In this document: piece after piece, positions 8,486 to 16,960 of the stretch
How the letters are laid out: each line of letters begins with the position of its first letter
How positions within the stretch are numbered: position 1 is the stretch's first letter
Source: Nostoc sp. PCC 7120 = FACHB-418
GTDB lineage: Bacteria; Cyanobacteriota; Cyanobacteriia; Cyanobacteriales; Nostocaceae
Reading direction: 5' to 3'
Length of the DNA: 32,000 nt
Assembly (NCBI RefSeq): GCF_000009705.1
Contig: NC_003272.1
Coordinates: 900,001-932,000 of the forward strand
Program-made: the position numbers and the translations under genes
The notes under the pieces: model-generated
Seen by the model: only the letters and a program-made list of their open reading frames with translations
What the model was told of the DNA's origin: nothing
Databases searched by the model: none

Positions 8486-9520
8486 ATGAATCGTCCTTAC
8501 ACTGCTATCTTGATTGTACCTACTGGTGTTGGTGCAGCGATTGGGGGATATGCGGGGGATGCTTTACCTGTTGCTAGATTAATAGCACAGGTTTGCGATC
8601 GCCTGATAACTCACCCCAACGTCCTTAATGGTGCTAGTTTATACTGGAACATCCCCAACTCTTTCTATGTGGAAGGTTATGGGCTTGATAAATTTGCTGC
8701 CGGATGTTGGGGACTAAGGCCTGTACGCAATAACAAAATTGGTTTACTTTTAGACCAGGGTATTGAGCCAGATTTAAGACTACGACACTTACAAGCAGCC
8801 GATGCAGCGCGGGCGACTTTGGGTTTAACTATCACAGATCATGTAATTACTGATGCGCCCTTGAACGTAGAATTACGGACTGCACCATCAGGCGCAAGTT
8901 GGGGGACAATTGGCAACCCCGATAGTTTATTACGAGCTGCCGAAATATTAATTAACAAAAGTGGGGCAGAAGCGATCGCAATTGTTGCCCGTTTCCCTGA
9001 TGATATGGATGAGGTAGCAGCGCAAAATTACCGTCACGGTCAAGGTGTAGACCCCATTGCCGGGGCAGAAGCAGTCATTAGCCATTTAGTAGTTAGAAAC
9101 TTTCAGATTCCTTGCGCCCATTCCCCCGCTTTAGCACCAGAACCCCCATATCCAGACTTATCACCCCGTTCTGCGGCAGAAGAACTAGGTTATACTTTCT
9201 TACCGAGCGTACTCGTAGGTTTAAGCCGCGCACCACAATTTATATTAGAGAAAGAGTCAAGCCAATCTCACCTAGAAGACATTTGGGCAGAGCAAGTGGA
9301 TGCTATTATCATGCCAGCAACAGCCTGCGGTAGCAGCGCCTTACTCAGCCTAAGTCAAAAGCAATGCCAAATTATCACTGTAGAGGAAAATCAAACTCAA
9401 ATTCAAGTCACTGCCCAAGCCTTAGGAATTAAATCCATACAAGTAAAATCTTATTTGGAAGCAGTCGGCTTAATAGTAGCCCACAAAGCAGGCATTAATC
9501 CAAAGTCCCTTTGTCATTAG
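8486..9520 (+). CDS. Conserved protein of unknown function (DUF3326-like, cyanobacteria/plant type)
   Basis: 344-aa ORF starting MNRPYTAILIVPTGVGAAIGGYAGDALPVARL. The family name is recalled from memory and is not verified. Confidence 0.75.
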   Translation: MNRPYTAILIVPTGVGAAIGGYAGDALPVARLIAQVCDRLITHPNVLNGASLYWNIPNSFYVEGYGLDKFAAGCWGLRPVRNNKIGLLLDQGIEPDLRLRHLQAADAARATLGLTITDHVITDAPLNVELRTAPSGASWGTIGNPDSLLRAAEILINKSGAEAIAIVARFPDDMDEVAAQNYRHGQGVDPIAGAEAVISHLVVRNFQIPCAHSPALAPEPPYPDLSPRSAAEELGYTFLPSVLVGLSRAPQFILEKESSQSHLEDIWAEQVDAIIMPATACGSSALLSLSQKQCQIITVEENQTQIQVTAQALGIKSIQVKSYLEAVGLIVAHKAGINPKSLCH

Positions 9521-9530
9521 TCAGTTGTCA

Positions 9531-9553
9531 ATAGTCCATAGTCCATAGTCCAT
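9531..9553. repeat. STRR-type heptamer array (ATAGTCC x3)
   Basis: ATAGTCCATAGTCCATAGTCCAT lies directly after the stop of the preceding gene. Confidence 0.8.
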
Positions 9554-9561
9554 CTTCTTCC

Positions 9562-9614
9562 CCCAATCCCCATTACCCCTTATCCCCAGAGGGGGCCCCA
9601 CCTTCCCCAATCCC
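9562..9614. repeat. 53-nt dispersed element, copy A (C-rich strand on +)
   Basis: CCCAATCCCCATTACCCCTTATCCCCAGAGGGGGCCCCACCTTCCCCAATCCC is the exact reverse complement of 25119-25171. Confidence 0.9.
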
Positions 9615-9646
9615 CAATCTTCAATCCCTACTCCCCTAAAACTCCC

Positions 9647-10228
9647 GTGGTTGAACAACAAAAACAAGAACCAGAAATTCCATACTTAACACGTACCCAA
9701 GTGCTAGTGGCGATGGGTGTAACTGCCGTCTTGTTGTGGACAATTGCTAAGTTATGGTTGCGCTTTGGGAACTTTTTGTTATTTGAATGGCATTGGTACC
9801 CAAGAGATTTTTTGCTGGGGCTTGGTGTAGGGTTAATTATTACTATTTTAAGTGGGCTAGCTTATAGCTTCTGGAAGGCATACCGCAGAAGCGCCGACTA
9901 TTACTTAGAATTAGTGCTGAAACCCTTAGCTTGGCCGGACTTAATTTGGTTGGGGTTACTACCAGGACTAAGTGAAGAATTGTTATTTCGCGGTGTTATG
10001 TTACCCGCTTTAGGCTTAGACCATTTTGCCGTTATTGGTTCTAGTTTATGCTTTGGTATTCTGCACCTGAGTGGTTCCCAACAATGGCCTTACGTCATTT
10101 GGGCAACCATTGTTGGGGTAATACTGGGGTATAGCGCCTTGTGGACTGGTAACTTGCTAGTGCCAATTGTGGCTCATATCATGACCAATTTGGTTTCTAG
10201 TTGTTTGTGGAAACTGCGCCAGTCGTAG
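9647..10228 (+). CDS. CPBP family intramembrane glutamic endopeptidase (CAAX protease / Abi-like)
   Basis: Motifs LSEELLFRG, FGILHL and VAHIMTN occur in a polytopic 193-aa ORF. The start codon is GTG. Confidence 0.85.
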   Translation: MVEQQKQEPEIPYLTRTQVLVAMGVTAVLLWTIAKLWLRFGNFLLFEWHWYPRDFLLGLGVGLIITILSGLAYSFWKAYRRSADYYLELVLKPLAWPDLIWLGLLPGLSEELLFRGVMLPALGLDHFAVIGSSLCFGILHLSGSQQWPYVIWATIVGVILGYSALWTGNLLVPIVAHIMTNLVSSCLWKLRQS

Positions 10229-10253
10229 AACACAACACTTCCGTTAAATTAGC

Positions 10254-10398
10254 TAGGACTTACGCATACAGGTTGTCTGTTGAGACCGGGTGTAAGGATG
10301 TAAGGGTGTAAGGGTTTCAAGCATTTATACCCCTACACCCCCATACCCCTATACCCTTCTCCAAACCCTTGATCTTTCGTTTTTATGCGTAAGTCCTA
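10254..10398. mobile_element. MITE-like element with 15-bp perfect terminal inverted repeats (or 13 bp flanked by TA/TA)
   Basis: TAGGACTTACGCATA (10254-10268) pairs with TATGCGTAAGTCCTA (10384-10398). The interior folds on itself: TGTAAGG(A/G) x3 opposite a CCCCTACACCC-type C-rich arm. The right repeat overlaps the last codons and the stop of purN. Confidence 0.55.
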
Positions 10399-11039
10399 TT
10401 AGTTTGAGTCGCCAGAGCGATCGCCTGTGGTAATATACGGTGTTCCTGAATCTGAATCCTGGCGTGGAGTGTCTCTGCTGTGTCATCGGGTAATATTGGC
10501 ACGGCCGCCTGCATCAAAATCGGCCCGCTATCCACTTCTAAAGAAACCAAATGCACCGTGCAGCCTGTAATTTTCACCTGAGCCTCTAAAGCTTGTTCTA
10601 CAGCATGAATACCCTTAAAGCTAGGTAACAAACTAGGGTGAATATTAATAATCCTCCGGGGAAAGGCATCAATTAAAACCGATGTCACCACACGCATCCA
10701 ACCAGCTAAAATTATCCATTCCACATCATATTGGCGTAGAGTTTCCACAATTTTTTGATCAAGAATTTCCCGATTTTTGTATTCGCGGTGGTTTAACAAA
10801 ACCGTTTTTATTCCTCTGTTAGCTGCTCTAGTTGCTGCCTTAGCGGTGGGATTATTGTAAATTAAAACTTGGATTTGGGCATTGAGTTGCTGGTCTTCAA
10901 TAGCTTGAGCAACTGCCTCAAAATTGCTACCACTACCAGAAGCCATCACCCCCAGTTTCACAGGAGCGCCATGAGAAAATTGATATGTATTAATGCTGGG
11001 AGAAACAAGGCTAAAGGTAGAATCAGGGCGGAGGGTCAT
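10383..11039 (-). CDS. purN: Phosphoribosylglycinamide formyltransferase
   Basis: VKLGVMASGSGSNFEAV..IILAGWMRV..INIHPSLLPSFKG..GCTVHLV. The start is placed at ATG 11039 (MTLRPDS..), because the track start at 11111 reads through the STRR array. Confidence 0.88.
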   Translation of the reverse strand: MTLRPDSTFSLVSPSINTYQFSHGAPVKLGVMASGSGSNFEAVAQAIEDQQLNAQIQVLIYNNPTAKAATRAANRGIKTVLLNHREYKNREILDQKIVETLRQYDVEWIILAGWMRVVTSVLIDAFPRRIINIHPSLLPSFKGIHAVEQALEAQVKITGCTVHLVSLEVDSGPILMQAAVPILPDDTAETLHARIQIQEHRILPQAIALATQTNRTYA

Positions 11040-11055
11040 AAACAATTCAAAATTA

Positions 11056-11085
11056 GGGGCTGGGGACTGGGGACTGGGGGCTGGG
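11056..11085 (+). repeat. STRR-type array GGGGCTGGGGACTGGGGACTGGGGGCTGGG (G-quadruplex-capable)
   Basis: There are five G-tracts separated by 2-3 nt. The array lies in the divergent spacer between purN and the ABC permease gene. Confidence 0.85.
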
Positions 11086-11187
11086 AAAGAATATACACTC
11101 AGCACTTTCAAGTTAATTACTCATGAGAAAATTTCTTTTACCTACACCCTTACACCCATTTTCAAGACAGTTGAGAGGAAAATTATA

Positions 11188-12072
11188 ATGCCGAAAATAT
11201 CCACTAAGTCATGGTTAGACAATGATACATTCGCCGCTTGGGCTTTTCTCGCCCCGGCTGTAATTTTGTTGGGTTTATTTGTCCTGTGGCCTATTGCCTA
11301 TTTGTTTTATCTAAGTTTTACTGCTGGCAGTTTCACTTCCACAGGTACATATTGGGTAGGTTTCAAGAATTACTGGCGATTGTTACTTAACCCTGATTTT
11401 TGGCAAGTTATTGGTAACACCGTTTATTTTACGGTAGCTTCTGTAATCCCCAGCTTAGTGATTCCTTTGGGGCTAGCAGTTTTATTGAACCGTTCTATGG
11501 CCTTGCGGGGGGTGCTACGTAGTGCATATTTTCTACCATCAATTATTTCTCTGGTTGCTGCTGGGTTAGGCTTTCGTTGGTTGTTTCAAACCTCTGGCCC
11601 GGTAAACGCATTTTTAAATATATTTGGCATCCCAGCAATTTCTTGGTTAGGCGATACCTTTTGGGCAATGCCTGTACTAATCATTTTAAGCATTTGGAAA
11701 CAACTAGGGTTTAATATGGTGGTGTTCTTGGCAGGGTTGCAAGCCATTCCCCCCAGTCGCTACGAAGCCGCAGAATTAGATGGTGCCAATGGTTGGCGAC
11801 AGTTTTGGCATATCACCCTACCAGGATTAAGACCCACTTTAATCTTTGCCACTGTCACCACGGCTATTTTTACATTGCGGAGTTTTGAGCAAGTTTATGT
11901 AATGACTGGTGGAGGCCCTTTAAATACAACTAACTTACTGGTTTACTACATCTATCAGGAAGCTTTCGGACAATTTGATTTTGGTTACGCCGCCGCCGCC
12001 GCAACGGTACTATTAGCTATGGCTTTGGTTCTTGTGTATTTGCAATTGCGTACTTGGGAAGAGGAAGCATAA
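11188..12072 (+). CDS. Carbohydrate-type ABC transporter permease (MalF/UgpA-like)
   Basis: MPKISTKSWLDNDTFAAWAFLAPAVILLGLFVLWPI.., six TM segments, and an EAA-like loop YEAAELDGANGWRQFWHITLP. The start is trimmed to ATG 11188. Confidence 0.88.
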   Translation: MPKISTKSWLDNDTFAAWAFLAPAVILLGLFVLWPIAYLFYLSFTAGSFTSTGTYWVGFKNYWRLLLNPDFWQVIGNTVYFTVASVIPSLVIPLGLAVLLNRSMALRGVLRSAYFLPSIISLVAAGLGFRWLFQTSGPVNAFLNIFGIPAISWLGDTFWAMPVLIILSIWKQLGFNMVVFLAGLQAIPPSRYEAAELDGANGWRQFWHITLPGLRPTLIFATVTTAIFTLRSFEQVYVMTGGGPLNTTNLLVYYIYQEAFGQFDFGYAAAAATVLLAMALVLVYLQLRTWEEEA

Positions 12073-12074
12073 GT

Positions 12075-12113
12075 TGGGTAATGGGTAATGGATGATTGGT
12101 AATTGGTAATTGG
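12075..12113. repeat. STRR-type heptamer array (TGGGTAA/TTGGTAA x5)
   Basis: TGGGTAATGGGTAATGGATGATTGGTAATTGGTAATTGG lies directly after the permease stop. Confidence 0.8.
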
Positions 12114-12249
12114 AGTATTTTATAGTCCATAACCTCTGATTTCCTAGAAAATGTAGTAAATTTTACGTCTACAGTCAGATACAAATGATAAATTTTTCAG
12201 GCTACGATGTTTTCCTAATAAAACTTTTATCTTTGAATATTAAGTATTT

Positions 12250-13305
12250 GTGATTAATCAACCATCTGAAAGTTTGATAAATACTCACTTAGAGCAAAAT
12301 ATCAACCAGGGGTATAAATTTAGCTGGTTTGATTGGTTTTGTTTGTGGTATCCCCCTGGCTGGTTGATTTTATTTAACCGTCACTGGCAACATTATCATC
12401 AAGACCCAGATGGATGGAATTGGTTAGAATATGTACTATTTTTAATTCCTGGTGGATTTTATTTAGCATTGTTGAGTAGATGGTTGCGTCTGGGTTGTCG
12501 TTCTCCCAGAACAGAGACTGAGGAATTTAACCCAAATTATCAACAAGCTTTTCGGGAAGAGATTTTAGCCCCAATTGTGCAGCATTATTTCCGTAGTGAA
12601 TTGCATCAAGTTGAGAATTTACCATCAACAGGCCCGATGATTGTGGCGATGAATCATGCAGGAATGTGTTTTCCTTGGGATTTTATTAGTTTGGGTTATT
12701 TATTAGGTCAAACAAAAGGTTGGATAGCCCAACCAATAGCAGAGGGTTCATTATTTGAACATCCTTGGATGGTGTGGTGGCTACCTCCCAAATGGTCGCA
12801 GGTTTTGGGTGCAGTCCGGGCTGATTTGAGTGATTTTGAGGCAGCCGTAGCACAAGATAAAATTCTGTTATATGCACCAGAAGGAATACGGGGGCCTCGT
12901 AAAGGCTGGCGACAACGTTACCAACTACAGAAATTTGATTTAAGTTTTGTACAGTTGAGCGATCGCTATCATATCCCCATTCTCCCGGTTATCTGTATCG
13001 GTAGCGAATCTTTACATCCTTGGACTATTAATTTAAAAAAATTACGCAAATTGTTTAAATTACCATTTTTACCACTATCACCTTTAATATTTGCTTTAAT
13101 TGTCTTCCCTTCAATGGGTGTTTGGGCAATGAGAACTCGCTTACATTACTTTTTTGAGCCTGTGGAAACATTAAATGACAAGGTATTTGATTGTGATTCT
13201 AGTCAGGAACGTAAGTTAGTTTATCAACGTACTAAAGAATTTCAACAACGATTACAATTTCGCGTGAATCAATTATTGAATAAAAATTTGGGTGTTGAGG
13301 AATAG
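12250..13305 (+). CDS. Acyltransferase-like membrane protein (PlsC/LPLAT superfamily-like)
   Basis: 351-aa ORF with a GTG start. It has the blocks VAMNHAGMCFPWD and LYAPEGIRGPRKG, which resemble acyltransferase blocks I and III. The canonical HX4D spacing is not met, so the assignment is tentative. Confidence 0.55.
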   Translation: MINQPSESLINTHLEQNINQGYKFSWFDWFCLWYPPGWLILFNRHWQHYHQDPDGWNWLEYVLFLIPGGFYLALLSRWLRLGCRSPRTETEEFNPNYQQAFREEILAPIVQHYFRSELHQVENLPSTGPMIVAMNHAGMCFPWDFISLGYLLGQTKGWIAQPIAEGSLFEHPWMVWWLPPKWSQVLGAVRADLSDFEAAVAQDKILLYAPEGIRGPRKGWRQRYQLQKFDLSFVQLSDRYHIPILPVICIGSESLHPWTINLKKLRKLFKLPFLPLSPLIFALIVFPSMGVWAMRTRLHYFFEPVETLNDKVFDCDSSQERKLVYQRTKEFQQRLQFRVNQLLNKNLGVEE

Positions 13306-13843
13306 TTATTCGGGCAATTCTATACATTTACGCAAGAATACTGTGGCTGACCTTAACTATAAAGAATAGATTATTTAAAGTAGAAATACTTGCTTGCCAA
13401 AGCAATAAATTAACTTAGATATACTGAATTACCTATACATGGAGATGATATCAATTCCATAGATATTGGCAATAGAATCAGTAGGTTTGTCCTATCTTAA
13501 CAACTAATTTCCGATACATGATACCAATTCAAAATTAAGAAAGCCAGATTTAACGAGGATTTGGGGTTGTGTATCTGTTGCATTCTTTTTTTAAGTTGGT
13601 ATGAAGTATACTTTCACCCAATCCTAGCAGACATCATTCTCCCAATATAGGCAAAGCTACTAACTGACTCTTGAAATATACATATATGAGTATTTGTAGA
13701 TTGGCAAATACTTAAATTTGTCTGCACAATTACAGCCTACACCAACAAGAATAAAGTCGGACTCCTATAGTTGCCATTTAGTCAACAAATATCTGTGTTG
13801 GCTCAAATTTTTATTGTCCTCATAGCATCTAACCACCAAAATT

Positions 13844-16825
13844 ATGGCTAACACCGCACCTCTACTGAACAATACAGGTAATCTCACATTATTTTCTATT
13901 ATCGAAGACCTAATTCCTACTACCAACGTTGGCACTCTAGTTTCTGATATTATTGGCAACGCTATCAGTGACCCAGATGCTAGTGCGTTAAAAGGCATCG
14001 CTGTTACCTTTGTCGATAACAGTAACGGTACTTGGGAATATACCCTGAATAATGGAACTAGCTGGACTACCTTTGGAACACCATCTTTAACCGCAGCACG
14101 GTTACTACCGTCAAATGCCAATACTAAAATCCGCTTTCACCCCAATGCTAACTTTAGCGGTACTGCCGATATTAACTTCTACGCTTGGGATCAAACAACA
14201 GGTACATCGGGTAGCACAGCAAATATTTTGGCTGGTAAAGGTGGAACAACTGCCTTCAGTACAAACTATGAAGGAGCCTCTATTACCGTTACCCCTGTTA
14301 ACGACACAGCACCAACCCTTAACGCTGGGAGTCCCACTCTACCAACTATTAATGAGGATGCACCCCTTATCAGTAACAAGGGTAGCTTACTTGCTGACCT
14401 AGTAAGAGGCTTAATTAGCGACAGTGACCCAGACTACCAAGGAATTGCAGTCACCGGAGCAGATAACAACAACGGTAGTTGGCAATATTCTCTTGATGGC
14501 GGTGTCAATTGGCTCAATTTTGGTAATGCTTCTGATAACTCAGCTACATTACTACTTCCTAGTATCAGACTCTATGATGGCTCGTTAGGTAGTTTACCCA
14601 CTTCCCAAGGTTGGCTCAAGTTTGGCGCTTCGCCTCCTGTTTTTCCGTTGTTCCCCGTGGGTGGTACTCAGTCTCTAATTACTGGTGGAATTCAATTAAA
14701 CAGTTCGTCAATTGGGTCATCTGGCTACAGTAATTACAATAGTTACGCCCCAATTCTATTTAACCAGGCTTTTCCTGAGCTTGATCCTGTGAAAGGCTTC
14801 ACTATTAGTTTTGATGTGAAAATTAACGGTGAAACTCACACCAGTGATGATAATGGTGATGGCATTCAAGACCGTGCGGGATTTAGTGTCATTGTTGTCA
14901 CTAGTGACAAAACCAAAGCAATTGAACTAGGCTTCTGGACAGATGAAATTTGGGCGCAGACAGCTAGTCCATTGTTTACTCATAGCACCACAGAACGAGC
15001 ATTTAGAAACACAACCACAGCAGTCACCCGTTATCATCTGGTAGTTGAAAATAACACTTACAAGCTGTTTGCTCCAGATTCATCTACGCCTATTTTAAGT
15101 GGGAATCTCCGTGATTACAGCGCATTCAACCACTCCACTGCTGCACCTTCCCCAATCACTTCTTTACCTTTTGACCCTTACGAAACACCCAATTTCCTTT
15201 TCCTCGGTGACAATACAACCTCTGCTCAAGCTTCTAGCAACCTTACACAGGTGGAACTGCAAACAAATACTAGAGTCAGGTTTGTCCCCAATGCTGACTA
15301 CAATGGCCAAGCTAATCTGACCTTCCGTGCTTGGGATGGTTCCAATGGAGTAGCTGGTGGCACTACAGGAGTAAACGCTGCGGTTAATGGCAATGCCACA
15401 GCCTTTAGTAGTAATACTCTAACTGCCAGCATCACAGTTAGCCCCATCAACAATCCTATCCAAGGTACAACAGGACTAGACAAACTCTACGGCACAGCCA
15501 ACGAAGATATCATTAACGGCAACGAAGGTAACGACTACCTATTTGGACGAGCGGGTAACGATACCTTAGATGGTGGCGAAGGTAACGATTACCTATTTGG
15601 TGGCACAGGCAACGACACCTTAGATGGTGGCGAAGGTTCAGACCTCCTCTACGGCAACGAAGATAACGACATCATTAATGGTGGAGTAGGCAACGACAAC
15701 CTCGATGGCGGCACAGGTGATGACATCTTAAGGGGTGGTACAGGTAACGATATCTACACAGTAGATACTGTAGGTGATGTAATCGAAGAAAACCCCAATG
15801 AAGGCACAGATAAAGTCAACTCTTACATCAGTTGGACATTGGGAGCTAACTTAGAAAATCTTACCCTCTTGGGTAACACTATCATTGATGGCACAGGCAA
15901 TGAACTAGATAATCACATTATTGGTAACAATGCCGTCAATCGCTTAGAAGGCGGTGACGGCAATGACTGGTTAATCGGTAAAGATGGTAACGATATCCTG
16001 ATTGGCGGTAATGGTAATGACCGACTCAATGGCGAGACTGGTGAGGATACATTAGAAGGTGGTTTAGGTAACGACGTTTATGAAATTGATAGTGTAGGCG
16101 ACGTAATTATTGAAGCCGCAGATGCAGGAATAGATACAGTCATCTCATCGGTAGATTGGACTTTAGGGGTGAATCTGGAAAACTTGACTTTGGTGGGTAA
16201 TCAAGCCACATTAGGCATAGGCAATGATCTGGATAACCGCATTACTGGTAATAATGCTGATAATGTCTTGTTTGGTGAAGCTGGTAATGACATCCTGAAT
16301 GGTGGTGCTGGTAACGATGAGTTGTTTGGTAGTGATGGTAATGACATCCTGAATGGCGGTGCTGGCAACGATGAGTTGTTTGGTAGTGATGGTAATGACA
16401 TCCTGAATGGTGGTGCTGGCAACGATGAGTTGTTTGGTGGTGCTGGTAATGACATCCTGAATGGTGGTACTGGTGCTGATTCCTTCAGTTTTGGTAATCC
16501 GGGTAATCCCTTCAACAATAGTGATTTTGGTATAGATACTGTTGCTGATTTTGCAGTTGGTGTGGATGACATTAAGTTAGATAAGGTCAGCTTCTCCGCT
16601 CTAACTAGTGTGGTTGGCAATGGTTTTAGTGTAGGTGGTGAGTTTGCCAGTGTCAGTAACGATACATTGGCGGCAATTAGCAATGGGTTGATTGTTTACA
16701 GTTTAGGTAGTGGTCGCTTGTTCTATAACCAAAATGGTAGTGCTGATGGTTTGGGTTCTGGCGCTCACTTTGCTACACTCTCCGGCGCTCCCACTCTCAC
16801 TGCTAATAATTTCGTGATTTTTTAG
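13844..16825 (+). CDS. Large RTX-type calcium-binding protein with cadherin-like modules and a nested lectin-like domain (putative T1SS substrate)
   Basis: No signal peptide. Cadherin-like modules end in VNDTAP/INNP. There are dozens of GGxGxDxL nonapeptides from about 15470 to 16480, and a C-terminal non-repeat tail typical of type I secretion substrates. Confidence 0.88.
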   Translation: MANTAPLLNNTGNLTLFSIIEDLIPTTNVGTLVSDIIGNAISDPDASALKGIAVTFVDNSNGTWEYTLNNGTSWTTFGTPSLTAARLLPSNANTKIRFHPNANFSGTADINFYAWDQTTGTSGSTANILAGKGGTTAFSTNYEGASITVTPVNDTAPTLNAGSPTLPTINEDAPLISNKGSLLADLVRGLISDSDPDYQGIAVTGADNNNGSWQYSLDGGVNWLNFGNASDNSATLLLPSIRLYDGSLGSLPTSQGWLKFGASPPVFPLFPVGGTQSLITGGIQLNSSSIGSSGYSNYNSYAPILFNQAFPELDPVKGFTISFDVKINGETHTSDDNGDGIQDRAGFSVIVVTSDKTKAIELGFWTDEIWAQTASPLFTHSTTERAFRNTTTAVTRYHLVVENNTYKLFAPDSSTPILSGNLRDYSAFNHSTAAPSPITSLPFDPYETPNFLFLGDNTTSAQASSNLTQVELQTNTRVRFVPNADYNGQANLTFRAWDGSNGVAGGTTGVNAAVNGNATAFSSNTLTASITVSPINNPIQGTTGLDKLYGTANEDIINGNEGNDYLFGRAGNDTLDGGEGNDYLFGGTGNDTLDGGEGSDLLYGNEDNDIINGGVGNDNLDGGTGDDILRGGTGNDIYTVDTVGDVIEENPNEGTDKVNSYISWTLGANLENLTLLGNTIIDGTGNELDNHIIGNNAVNRLEGGDGNDWLIGKDGNDILIGGNGNDRLNGETGEDTLEGGLGNDVYEIDSVGDVIIEAADAGIDTVISSVDWTLGVNLENLTLVGNQATLGIGNDLDNRITGNNADNVLFGEAGNDILNGGAGNDELFGSDGNDILNGGAGNDELFGSDGNDILNGGAGNDELFGGAGNDILNGGTGADSFSFGNPGNPFNNSDFGIDTVADFAVGVDDIKLDKVSFSALTSVVGNGFSVGGEFASVSNDTLAAISNGLIVYSLGSGRLFYNQNGSADGLGSGAHFATLSGAPTLTANNFVIF
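16283..16470 (+). repeat. Near-identical 54-bp tandem repeat (about 3.5 copies) inside the RTX block
   Basis: Units start at 16283, 16337, 16391 and 16445. Each encodes GNDILNGGAGNDELFGSD, and copies differ by 1-3 nt. Confidence 0.9.
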
Positions 16826-16960
16826 TCTGGTAATTGAGTCAATTAACGTGCGCCTCCTTTGGAGACTCAGGTTAGATGAAGTCAGTGTTTGTCAGAATCC
16901 TCTATTGTTGCTGATTACCAAAGGAGGAGTTAACAAACTTCCTAATTTTGGCGAATTTCT

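Noticed and set aside
10869-11187. Overlapping long N-terminal extensions (10869..11126 +, the 10993.. start of the permease ORF, and the 11111 start of the purN ORF)
   Set aside because: All three read through the GGGGACT/CCCCAGT STRR array and give Gly/Trp/Leu or Pro/Ser low-complexity peptides. Conserved protein sequence starts at 11188 (+) and 11039 (-).
13765-14121. 118-aa minus-strand ORF overlapping the RTX gene start
   Set aside because: It is antisense to a strongly repeat-structured coding frame and has no motifs.
16201-16683. 160-aa minus-strand ORF (Pro/Leu/Ser repeats)
   Set aside because: It is the reverse-complement artefact of the GGxGxD nonapeptide and 54-bp tandem repeats.
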